Virus record (IMG/VR): IMGVR_UViG_3300021961_000019
Reading direction: 5' to 3' (one strand)
DNA: 64,000 nt
Source: a virus
Below, one piece after another: positions 49,227 through 56,327 of the stretch (the first letter of the stretch is position 1; each line of letters begins with the position of its first letter). The translations under genes were made by a program, and so were the position numbers. The notes under the pieces are model-generated. The model was given only the letters and a program-made list of their open reading frames with translations, ran no database searches and had not been told where the DNA came from.

Positions 49227-49498
49227 AGCACAGGTGCTGGTTGAACAGAAAAGGTGCCCAATCGGTCACAAGAGATAGAAACAGCGTGAGAAGGTGCTCC
49301 ACACTCATCTACAACTTCCCACCAATCTTCACCTTCTTGAATCACAACATAACCGAAACATCCAGCGATGGAAAGAGACTTAAGGCCCCACTTTTCTGCA
49401 TGAGTCTGATAATTCCACCAAGTCCTTTCGTTATAGAATTTGGAGGAATCATCAGAGCGAGGACCAAACGTGATGCAGGTGAATTTGAATTTGTCCAT
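49214..49498 (-). CDS. Early hypothetical protein
   Basis: 94 aa ORF. Confidence 0.6.
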   Translation of the reverse strand: MDKFKFTCITFGPRSDDSSKFYNERTWWNYQTHAEKWGLKSLSIAGCFGYVVIQEGEDWWEVVDECGAPSHAVSISCDRLGTFSVQPAPVLHMC

Positions 49499-49500
49499 GA

Positions 49501-49656
49501 TCAGGAGATTGCACGAAGGTGTTTACGGGTGTCGAAACCTTTAGCATGTTCTTCCTTGCGCAACTTAGCAGCAAGTTCTGCAAAGGTATAGGGTTGATTT
49601 GCAGCAATCATGATTAATTGCTGAGATTGCAAATCACACGCCAATTGGTAAGACAT
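49501..49656 (-). CDS. Small early protein
   Basis: MSYQLACDLQSQQLIMIAANQPY...; probable start 49656. Confidence 0.55.
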   Translation of the reverse strand: MSYQLACDLQSQQLIMIAANQPYTFAELAAKLRKEEHAKGFDTRKHLRAIS

Positions 49657-49663
49657 GGTGAAT

Positions 49664-49783
49664 TCAGTTGGCAAGAGCGTGACAATGAGCAAGGGCACCA
49701 TAAGTCCTGAGAGCATACTGATATGCTTCAACTTTGGTGTAGAAGCACGCCACGGGACTTCCTTTGTAGTAGAGAGTGAACAT
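49664..49783 (-). CDS. Small early protein (39 aa)
   Basis: Hand translation MFTLYYKGSPVACFYTKVEAYQYALRTYGALAHCHALAN; strong SD GGAGG after the cassette. Confidence 0.65.
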   Translation of the reverse strand: MFTLYYKGSPVACFYTKVEAYQYALRTYGALAHCHALAN

Positions 49784-49803
49784 GGTGGGTCTCCTCCTTT
49801 GGT

Positions 49804-49855
49804 ATCTTCATCATACCCCCTCAGGACCCCCCGGAGGGTTTTTCAGCATCGATGC
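49804..49855 (-). promoter_or_regulatory. Class I early promoter cassette copy
   Basis: GCATCGATGCTGAAA-N25-TATGATGAAGAT; CCCTCC at -35. Confidence 0.85.
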
Positions 49856-49856
49856 G

Positions 49857-50141
49857 TCACATACGTTCACGCATCATCCGGTGAGCATGAGATTCTACAA
49901 CTTTTAGTCCATCTTCTGTAGATGATACAAACCACGCTGCACATGTGCTTCCGTTGAGTGCAACTTCATCAGCAATCTTCCACGAATTCCCATAATATTG
50001 AATCAGCACGTAGTAATCATCAACTGCGCCAGCAATGAGTTGATTGAATGCATGGTAAACAGTATACTCATCTTCATGACGAACATGATGATTAAAAATA
50101 TTTCCATCTTCTAGAAGACGTGCGGTGATGATTTCAAACAT
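49857..50141 (-). CDS. Early hypothetical protein
   Basis: 94 aa ORF following a degenerate cassette. Confidence 0.65.
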   Translation of the reverse strand: MFEIITARLLEDGNIFNHHVRHEDEYTVYHAFNQLIAGAVDDYYVLIQYYGNSWKIADEVALNGSTCAAWFVSSTEDGLKVVESHAHRMMRERM

Positions 50142-50167
50142 GGTGGGTCTTTGATCTCAACAATGTC

Positions 50168-50208
50168 AGCATATGCCCCTCAGGGCCCCCTGCAGGGTAT
50201 TTCAGCAG
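50168..50208 (-). promoter_or_regulatory. Degenerate class I cassette
   Basis: TGCTGAAA-N26-TATGCT with a C/G-rich spacer. Confidence 0.55.
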
Positions 50209-50212
50209 ATAT

Positions 50213-50545
50213 TTAGCGGGAGAGCATCACCCGTGCAGCACGACCGCTGTTATAAGTCCACAGAACGGCAGATGCGAATCGATTCTTTACATCTTCACCG
50301 TTCACTTCCCACCATAGTTGTACAGCAGCGATCACATCTTTCACGAATGAGTATACTTTATGCAGGAATGCTTTAATCTCAGTCTCATGCTCTTTTACAT
50401 ATTCGATCACCACAGTTACAATCACTGCCACGAAGGCAACTAGTGTAACAAATTGATTCCAGAGATTCTTATAATCCACTGCCCGAAGATAATCATAAAG
50501 ATCATTCACAGGGGGAAAAGATTTGGCGAAAGGTTGAGTGTTCAT
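50213..50545 (-). CDS. Early membrane protein
   Basis: 110 aa; one hydrophobic segment FVTLVAFVAVIVTVVI. Confidence 0.7.
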   Translation of the reverse strand: MNTQPFAKSFPPVNDLYDYLRAVDYKNLWNQFVTLVAFVAVIVTVVIEYVKEHETEIKAFLHKVYSFVKDVIAAVQLWWEVNGEDVKNRFASAVLWTYNSGRAARVMLSR

Positions 50546-50679
50546 GATTTCAAAAGAATTAATTGTGTGGTGGCAATCCGTCTGCCTCCACGTTCACACC
50601 ATAGCACTCCCAGGACCACGTGACGTGCTGCAGATACGAATCTTAACCGCAGCATCATGCATCATGTTACACGTGTATA

Positions 50680-50841
50680 CTACCAGAGATCATCTGTGTT
50701 GAGTTCTTTTACATCTACCTCTAGATGTTCACCACCTTCAAGATTTAAAATAGTATCCCAATCTAAATCTTGAGGATCAAAATCATCCATAACTTCTAGA
50801 TCTAGAGTAATTCTGTACCTATGCATCTGTGCGTATACCAT
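50680..50841 (-). CDS. Small acidic protein (53 aa)
   Basis: Hand translation MVYAQMHRYRITLDLEVMDDFDPQDLDWDTILNLEGGEHLEVDVKELNTDDLW. Confidence 0.7.
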   Translation of the reverse strand: MVYAQMHRYRITLDLEVMDDFDPQDLDWDTILNLEGGEHLEVDVKELNTDDLW

Positions 50842-50924
50842 AAGAACCATCTGAACTCTATGTGTATTATACCGCGCTTAGATTAATAAGGCAAGCGTTG
50901 AATGTATATATGCAGCATGTGTAA

Positions 50925-51411
50925 ATCTAGTGTACTTATGTGAAGTATGTACATGAATCTAGATGTGTATATGCAGCATACATGAATCTAGATGTATATG
51001 TGTATGATGTGAATCTAGTTGCATATGTGCAGCAGATCTAGTGCAATCTAGTTGTGTATATGATGTGCTGTAATCTAGTTGCAGAAATCTAGTTGCATAT
51101 GTGCAGCAGATCTAGTTGTGTTTCAGCGGACCCGTGGCATTTCTGCAGCGTCCCTGGGGCAAATTTTCCGCGTCCCGTGGTTGACAAACTGCGCGTCCGG
51201 TGCTAAGCTGTCCAAGATCACAAGACCTGGGGGCATTTAAATGATCATAAGTGTATTAAAGATCTAGTTACATGATGTATAGATGATTTAATACATGATG
51301 ATGATTAATCTAGTTGTGTATATGATGATTAATCTAGTACATGAATCTAGTTGTGTATATGATGATGAATCTAGTTACATCTAGTTGTATAATACATGAT
51401 GATTAATCTAG
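50925..51411 (+). repeat. Array of 16 co-oriented ATCTAG-core repeats in two blocks
   Basis: ATCTAG at 50925, 50957, 50986, 51013, 51036, 51046, 51073, 51087, 51110 and at 51262, 51308, 51332, 51345, 51369, 51379, 51406; extended unit AATCTAGTTGTGTATATGATG. Confidence 0.92.
51181..51209 (+). promoter_or_regulatory. Sigma70-type promoter between the repeat blocks
   Basis: TTGACA-17 nt-TAAGCT with an extended -10 TG at 51201-51202. Confidence 0.78.
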
Positions 51412-51615
51412 TTGTGTATACATTGTTTAAAGAGATAATAAGATCAATATAAGTATCGTACCCATCCATATACCCATTAAAGCAACAGTTAATTGAAACA
51501 TAATACTATCCATATCTAATGGTTTATACTCCTATTATAGCACACTTAAACCTTTTATTTATTCCTCTAAAACATATATATTTTTACGTTTAACACAAAC
51601 ATCATATTATTCATT

Positions 51616-52422
51616 ATGACAAATACGGGCACAATATACCTCATTCTCAATCGTGTCAATGGACATAAGTATGTGGGTCAAACTAGGCAACAATTGAACA
51701 CCAGATGGAAGGCACATCTGACTGAAGCACGTTCTTATCCTACTCGTCCTCTCTACTATGCAATTAACAAATATGGTGCAGATAAGTTTACCATTAAGGT
51801 ATTAGAAGAATGTTCGGTAGATAAGTTAAATGAAAGAGAAGTGTATTGGATTTCTAAACTCAATACCTTTAAAAGTGGTGTCGATTATAATGCAACTGCA
51901 GGTGGTGATTTCTTTGAACATACAGAGGCTACTAAACAAAAGATCTCTGAAGGAATGAGAAAGGTAGAGCGTTCGGATGAATGGATACAGAACATGTCTA
52001 CCTCATTAAAGGAAAAGGCAAAGAAAGAACCTTGGGGGTTTTTGAATGCAAAGAATAGAGCAGATGGTAAACATACACGTCGTAGAGTTAAAGGTGTATG
52101 TGTCACCACTGGAAAAGAGAGAATCTTTGAAAGTATGACTGAAGCAGCAAGACAGGTGAATGGAAAGAGTGGTAATATCTGTGCTGCGATCAAGAACAAT
52201 TGGATGGCATATGGTTACAGATGGGAAAAGATTGATACACGTCCCAGTAAGTTACAATGCTATGGTGTGAATAAGCATACTGGTGAACAAACAGTCGTCT
52301 TTCCCAGTATTAAAGCTGCATGTCGTTATATGGGTGGAGATCATGATTCTGGTATTCGCAAAGCATTAAAAGCACCAGGAGTGTCCACATGGTATGGATA
52401 CTACTGGTTCTTTGTGGCATAG
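51616..52422 (+). CDS. GIY-YIG (Seg-like) homing endonuclease with C-terminal NUMOD1-like repeats
   Basis: GTIYLILNRVNGHKYVGQT...R...H...E.YWI...N; two C-terminal modules (IFESMTEAARQV, VFPSIKAACRYM); opposite strand to its neighbours. Confidence 0.9.
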   Translation: MTNTGTIYLILNRVNGHKYVGQTRQQLNTRWKAHLTEARSYPTRPLYYAINKYGADKFTIKVLEECSVDKLNEREVYWISKLNTFKSGVDYNATAGGDFFEHTEATKQKISEGMRKVERSDEWIQNMSTSLKEKAKKEPWGFLNAKNRADGKHTRRRVKGVCVTTGKERIFESMTEAARQVNGKSGNICAAIKNNWMAYGYRWEKIDTRPSKLQCYGVNKHTGEQTVVFPSIKAACRYMGGDHDSGIRKALKAPGVSTWYGYYWFFVA

Positions 52423-52865
52423 AGTAGCACAATACAAACACCAACTGCAATACCAATCAAAGTGAATGGTGCAATGTCATTCACTCCCAAAGGTAATCTT
52501 TGATAGGTCTCAGAATCATCAGATCCATTTCTACACTTAGATGAAGATGCATAATCCCAGATTACTCTTGGTCCTTCGGTGTAGAACATTTTTGGATAAT
52601 CATAATATCCAATCTCTGCCTTGCAGATCTTACCTGAAGAGATTACATATCCACCTGAACAGGAGACTTCAAATCCTTCTTCTGTTTCAATCAGATGAAG
52701 ATCAGATTGCTCAAAATGCTTGGCTTTGATGCCTCTTGACCTTGCATTAAAGTGAGATTGCATTTCCTTACACTCTGCCTTAAATGGAAGATTCGCAGCA
52801 GAAACAGAACCACCTGTCGTAAGTGCAAGGAATGCAATTAAAGATGCAATAGTAGATTTAAGCAT
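52401..52865 (-). CDS. Putative membrane-anchored exported protein
   Basis: Signal peptide MLKSTIASLIAFLALTTGGSVSA and a C-terminal hydrophobic helix; probable start 52865. Confidence 0.7.
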   Translation of the reverse strand: MLKSTIASLIAFLALTTGGSVSAANLPFKAECKEMQSHFNARSRGIKAKHFEQSDLHLIETEEGFEVSCSGGYVISSGKICKAEIGYYDYPKMFYTEGPRVIWDYASSSKCRNGSDDSETYQRLPLGVNDIAPFTLIGIAVGVCIVLLYATKNQ

Positions 52866-53490
52866 GATACTCTTTTTCACAATACTGACATGTAAGAACA
52901 TGTTGCATTTCATCATTTCTCACTTCACGAATCACATCCGCAAGTGTTTCCAGTTTGGGACGACGTTGAAGTTCGCATTGTGGTTGAAACTTGTCAAATA
53001 GATACTGATTCTCCTCATTCACATAATAGGTGATTGCGGCAGCAGGAACTGGTCCTTTCAGCAGATCTGAGTCAGATTGAAGAAACTTATCATAGGTCCC
53101 ATAGGCATGTTTCTCAATCTCTGCCATCATGTAGTATGCTGCTGGGGCATCTACCACATACAAAATCACAACTGCCCAGTAATACAGTAGAGCAGCATGA
53201 TAGGCTATAAATCGATTGATCCATTGCTTGTTGCCACCCAGTTCTTCAAAGATGCGAAGATGATGTTCTTCATTATAGGATTCTGCATAATGCACACTCA
53301 GCCAATCATAGCGATCCCACATACCCAGAGATTGATACAGGTGCAGAACACTCATCCATGAGAAATAAGGTACTCGCGCAACTGTTTCCAATACCCAAAA
53401 TCGTTCGATTGGTGCATTCTTGTAAACAATATCCAGTAGAAATACAACTACTGACACCATAAGATTTGCAATTAAACGTGTCATATCCAC
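52858..53490 (-). CDS. ptox: Plastoquinol terminal oxidase (PTOX, di-iron alternative oxidase family)
   Basis: RFWVLETVARVPYFSW.SVLHLY, ESYNEEHHL, EIEKHAY.TYDKFL, RNDEMQH: di-iron E/ExxH ligands. Confidence 0.95.
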   Translation of the reverse strand: MDMTRLIANLMVSVVVFLLDIVYKNAPIERFWVLETVARVPYFSWMSVLHLYQSLGMWDRYDWLSVHYAESYNEEHHLRIFEELGGNKQWINRFIAYHAALLYYWAVVILYVVDAPAAYYMMAEIEKHAYGTYDKFLQSDSDLLKGPVPAAAITYYVNEENQYLFDKFQPQCELQRRPKLETLADVIREVRNDEMQHVLTCQYCEKEYHA

Positions 53491-53882
53491 ACTCCAATTT
53501 CTTTTCTGGTTGCAATTTGATAATCTTGAAGTTTTCCTCTTACAAAATGAAGCCTACAGAGTGGAGCATCATCATAAGATTCATTACCTCTGTAATTATA
53601 CACCGTTACATAATCTGTCAACTCAACTGGTTTGACCTTTCCATGCTTTCCAGTTGATTTAACTTTGTATTTGAACAAGGCAGACTTCAGAGTTCCATCA
53701 TCAACCCAATTTGGATCTTCTTGAAGTTCACTCGTTCCTGTGTAATCTGTAATCCACAATTGACCAGAAGGATCCATCCAATAGTAATCCATGAAGGAAT
53801 TTAGATCTTTGGTCTGACACTCCACATTTGTAAAACGTGGGCCCAGATCATAAGATGACCTGAAAGTGTCGTACATACCCAT
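53481..53882 (-). CDS. Conserved phage hypothetical protein (MGMYD family)
   Basis: MGMYDTFRSSYDLG...CQTKDL..MDYYWMDPSGQLW. Confidence 0.8.
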   Translation of the reverse strand: MGMYDTFRSSYDLGPRFTNVECQTKDLNSFMDYYWMDPSGQLWITDYTGTSELQEDPNWVDDGTLKSALFKYKVKSTGKHGKVKPVELTDYVTVYNYRGNESYDDAPLCRLHFVRGKLQDYQIATRKEIGVWI

Positions 53883-53885
53883 AAT

Positions 53886-54203
53886 TTAGATCTCCGTTGA
53901 CTTATAATGATTTAGCATGTGTTGAGTATATGTCTTCCAATAAGATAGAAGATCTTCATCGGATGCAGCATTCACAAATTCTTCACTGAATTCATCTCCA
54001 AGTGCGAACAACAGATCATCATTCAGATCCATTTCAATATGTCCGCGATTTAACTCAAACCAAAAGTCATCTGCAATTTCAACTTCTGTTTGTGCAGTTG
54101 AATAGAACATATATCGCATCCAGTGCCAGAATGGCGTCTTGTACAGAAAGATGGTGCGATAGAACAGACTATCCTTAAACTGCTGTAGAAAGGACTTGAA
54201 CAT
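53886..54203 (-). CDS. Hypothetical protein
   Basis: ORF in a dense array; probable start MFKSF at 54203. Confidence 0.6.
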   Translation of the reverse strand: MFKSFLQQFKDSLFYRTIFLYKTPFWHWMRYMFYSTAQTEVEIADDFWFELNRGHIEMDLNDDLLFALGDEFSEEFVNAASDEDLLSYWKTYTQHMLNHYKSTEI

Positions 54204-54351
54204 TTTCAAATTCATAATGAGGTACAACGATACGGACTTCTTCAGATGGATGTGATGCTTCGCGCATCAGAATTGAGATAGAACTTTGTGTTGCATATAC
54301 AATCGGTCCCGTAATCTCTTTATATCTAACAAACGTTCCTATTGAAAACAT
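54175..54351 (-). CDS. Small hypothetical protein (58 aa)
   Basis: Hand translation MFSIGTFVRYKEITGPIVYATQSSISILMREASHPSEEVRIVVPHYEFENVQVLSTAV; fills an ORF-track gap. Confidence 0.65.
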   Translation of the reverse strand: MFSIGTFVRYKEITGPIVYATQSSISILMREASHPSEEVRIVVPHYEFENVQVLSTAV

Positions 54352-54626
54352 AATTCTAAGGGAGATAGTTTAAGTGGCATAGAAGTATAATTCCTTGTGT
54401 CAGAGATATTGACCTTCTTTCCTACTTTCGTTGCATTGATTGGGGCATAATATTCATCCTTTTTGAGAGAATAAAATCCCCAAATACATGAAACTGTCTC
54501 ACCATTGTTATAATCGAATTTGCGATGATGGCGAATCCAGATTGAAAGTACACCACGCTTAAACTCCTGAACTTCATATGAATATCCTTTTGGAGGTTTG
54601 TGATGAAATGATTTGGGAAGTTTCAT
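54339..54626 (-). CDS. Conserved cyanophage hypothetical protein
   Basis: HKPPKGYSYEVQEFKRGVLSIW...IWGFY...YYAPINATKVGK. Confidence 0.8.
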   Translation of the reverse strand: MKLPKSFHHKPPKGYSYEVQEFKRGVLSIWIRHHRKFDYNNGETVSCIWGFYSLKKDEYYAPINATKVGKKVNISDTRNYTSMPLKLSPLELCFQ

Positions 54627-54632
54627 GTTTAT

Positions 54633-54806
54633 TTACACGTCGTATTCTTTATCGGCAGACAGAAGTTCATTGTAATATCGGAGACTTCGAACCTCACTTT
54701 CCAGACGGTGAACCTCATTGACAAGATCATCAACAACTGATCGAAGCCATTCTGGATTGTCACTATCAAAAGAATGTGCCAGCAAATCTACAAGTTTTTC
54801 ATTCAT
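54633..54806 (-). CDS. Small coiled-coil protein (57 aa)
   Basis: Hand translation MNEKLVDLLAHSFDSDNPEWLRSVVDDLVNEVHRLESEVRSLRYYNELLSADKEYDV. Confidence 0.6.
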   Translation of the reverse strand: MNEKLVDLLAHSFDSDNPEWLRSVVDDLVNEVHRLESEVRSLRYYNELLSADKEYDV

Positions 54807-55039
54807 GTCGTAAACTCTCCAAGAACACGGGAAACTTCTTCTTCAACTAGAGCAAACCTTGATGCTCTCACAACTGCTGCCATGATCAAATTGTCATAAG
54901 CATTGTCATAATAGAATTCTGATCGTTCGGCAAGAAGATCGTGACATTCAACATCACTCTCTGCGATGACGTTAATCATCCCACCATACTCGGAAGATGG
55001 AAACGGCACCCAATAATCAACCTCGTAAAGAAATTTCAT
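54803..55039 (-). CDS. Conserved cyanophage hypothetical protein
   Basis: YEVDYWVPFPSSEYGGMINVIAESD.EC.DLL. Confidence 0.8.
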   Translation of the reverse strand: MKFLYEVDYWVPFPSSEYGGMINVIAESDVECHDLLAERSEFYYDNAYDNLIMAAVVRASRFALVEEEVSRVLGEFTT

Positions 55040-55043
55040 TTGC

Positions 55044-55214
55044 TTAAATGTAACCCTCCTGAATAAGAATAGCAGCAGTTCTCTGGTAGGAACCCTGCAA
55101 TGAATTTATCATACCACTTGAGACCAACTCTGTAAAGAGTTCAAGGGTCTCATCAAAGTCAAGCTCACCATTCTCATAATCCATGATCAGATCAACAAGA
55201 CTTGCAGTAATCAT
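55044..55214 (-). CDS. Small conserved protein (56 aa)
   Basis: Hand translation MITASLVDLIMDYENGELDFDETLELFTELVSSGMINSLQGSYQRTAAILIQEGYI. Confidence 0.75.
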   Translation of the reverse strand: MITASLVDLIMDYENGELDFDETLELFTELVSSGMINSLQGSYQRTAAILIQEGYI

Positions 55215-55240
55215 TGGTGCTCCTCAACTCTCATATTGTT

Positions 55241-55297
55241 AGTATATGCGCCATATGCCCCCTGAAGCGACCCGATGTGACAGTTGCGTGAGTGGCA
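55241..55297 (-). promoter_or_regulatory. Class II early promoter (dyad plus TATACT)
   Basis: TGACA-N10-TGGCA (55278-55297), 31 nt upstream of the minus-strand TATACT (55241-55246). Confidence 0.65.
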
Positions 55298-55392
55298 CGT
55301 GTGAGTGGGGAAAGGGGTCCTGTGGGCGCTGCTGGGTGCTGCAGAGCGTCAGATCCCTGTCGTGGACTGGACGGAAACCACGATTTTCTTGC

Positions 55393-55429
55393 AAAAAAAG
55401 GGAGGAAGGACACTAGGACCCTCCTCCCC
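55393..55429 (-). terminator. Rho-independent terminator (imperfect stem)
   Basis: GGGAGGA..GG / CC..TCCTCCC stem plus a 7-nt T-tract on the minus strand. Confidence 0.6.
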
Positions 55430-55452
55430 ATGAAATTGACGATTTTGGCAGA

Positions 55453-55815
55453 TTAACAGCCACCCAGACCAAGTGCAAATCCTTTGGTACGAATGCCCAG
55501 ATGTGAGCATCCATATCCACGATATCCACGATAAGGAGTTCCGTAGTATGGACCAGGAACAGGTGCATAATATGGTGCAGGAGCAACAACCGGAGGTGGA
55601 GCAACATAACCACAGTTATGATAGACAGGTTCTCTAACTATTCCACCGCGAAACCAATTCCCGTATTGGTCATAATATCCGGGTCTGCTATATGTTCTCC
55701 AAGTTGTACATGTTTGCACATAAGTGCGAGTTCTACCATCATACCTAACCTCCTGCGCATTAGCAGAGAAAGGCATCGACAACAATAACAAAGGAAGTAG
55801 CAAAAGTGCTTTCAT
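55453..55815 (-). CDS. Exported Pro/Tyr/Gly-rich protein
   Basis: Signal peptide MKALLLLPLLLLSMPFSANA; VAPPPVVAPAPYYAP; probable start 55815. Confidence 0.7.
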   Translation of the reverse strand: MKALLLLPLLLLSMPFSANAQEVRYDGRTRTYVQTCTTWRTYSRPGYYDQYGNWFRGGIVREPVYHNCGYVAPPPVVAPAPYYAPVPGPYYGTPYRGYRGYGCSHLGIRTKGFALGLGGC

Positions 55816-55842
55816 AATCGATATGCAAAGGTACAATACTAT

Positions 55843-56247
55843 TTAATTGAATGTGAGAGCGAAGAACCTCTGCTCTTCAAGAGCACCAGGAACTTCAAAA
55901 TATTTCCACCCATCATTGGTAAAGATGTATGCATATTCACATCCCTGATCATTTGCACACTCAAGATATTCATTCACATTATCATGAAGCTCAGGCTCAA
56001 TATTTGTCTCGCCCCGGTCGCGGTAATAAAGTACAATATTTTCGTCCAGCGCCATATTATCCCAAGAAGAGTTGCTGTCGATGCAACTAATGTCGCCCCC
56101 ATCAATCAACGACTTGATCTTATCTACAGTGTCATACTTCTCAACAAGTCGCTTGCCCAACCATTCCGGATACGCATCCCAATGGTGGTACACAGATACT
56201 ACATGTCCAGAGGGCAGTTCCAGACCAATCCGGCCGCGAGTTGCCAT
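55843..56247 (-). CDS. Conserved phage hypothetical protein (MATR...YxHWDxYP family)
   Basis: MATRGRIG...SVYHHWDAYPEWLGKRL...EYAYIF. Confidence 0.8.
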   Translation of the reverse strand: MATRGRIGLELPSGHVVSVYHHWDAYPEWLGKRLVEKYDTVDKIKSLIDGGDISCIDSNSSWDNMALDENIVLYYRDRGETNIEPELHDNVNEYLECANDQGCEYAYIFTNDGWKYFEVPGALEEQRFFALTFN

Positions 56248-56268
56248 TTGAGAATCCTCCTTTGGTTC

Positions 56269-56320
56269 AATACCATCATACCCCCCACGGGGTCTCCGGA
56301 GGGGTTTTCAGCATACCTGC
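56269..56320 (-). promoter_or_regulatory. Class I early promoter cassette copy
   Basis: GCAGGTATGCTGAAA-N25-TATGAT; CCCTCC at -35. Confidence 0.8.
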
Positions 56321-56327
56321 AGCATTT

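Noticed and set aside
48854-49591. 245 aa + strand ORF
   Set aside because: Antisense to three minus-strand genes and crosses a promoter cassette; no motifs.
50925-51411. Repeat block as a CRISPR array
   Set aside because: The core is only 6-20 nt, spacing is irregular, the intervening sequences are themselves repetitive rather than unique spacers, and there are no cas genes.
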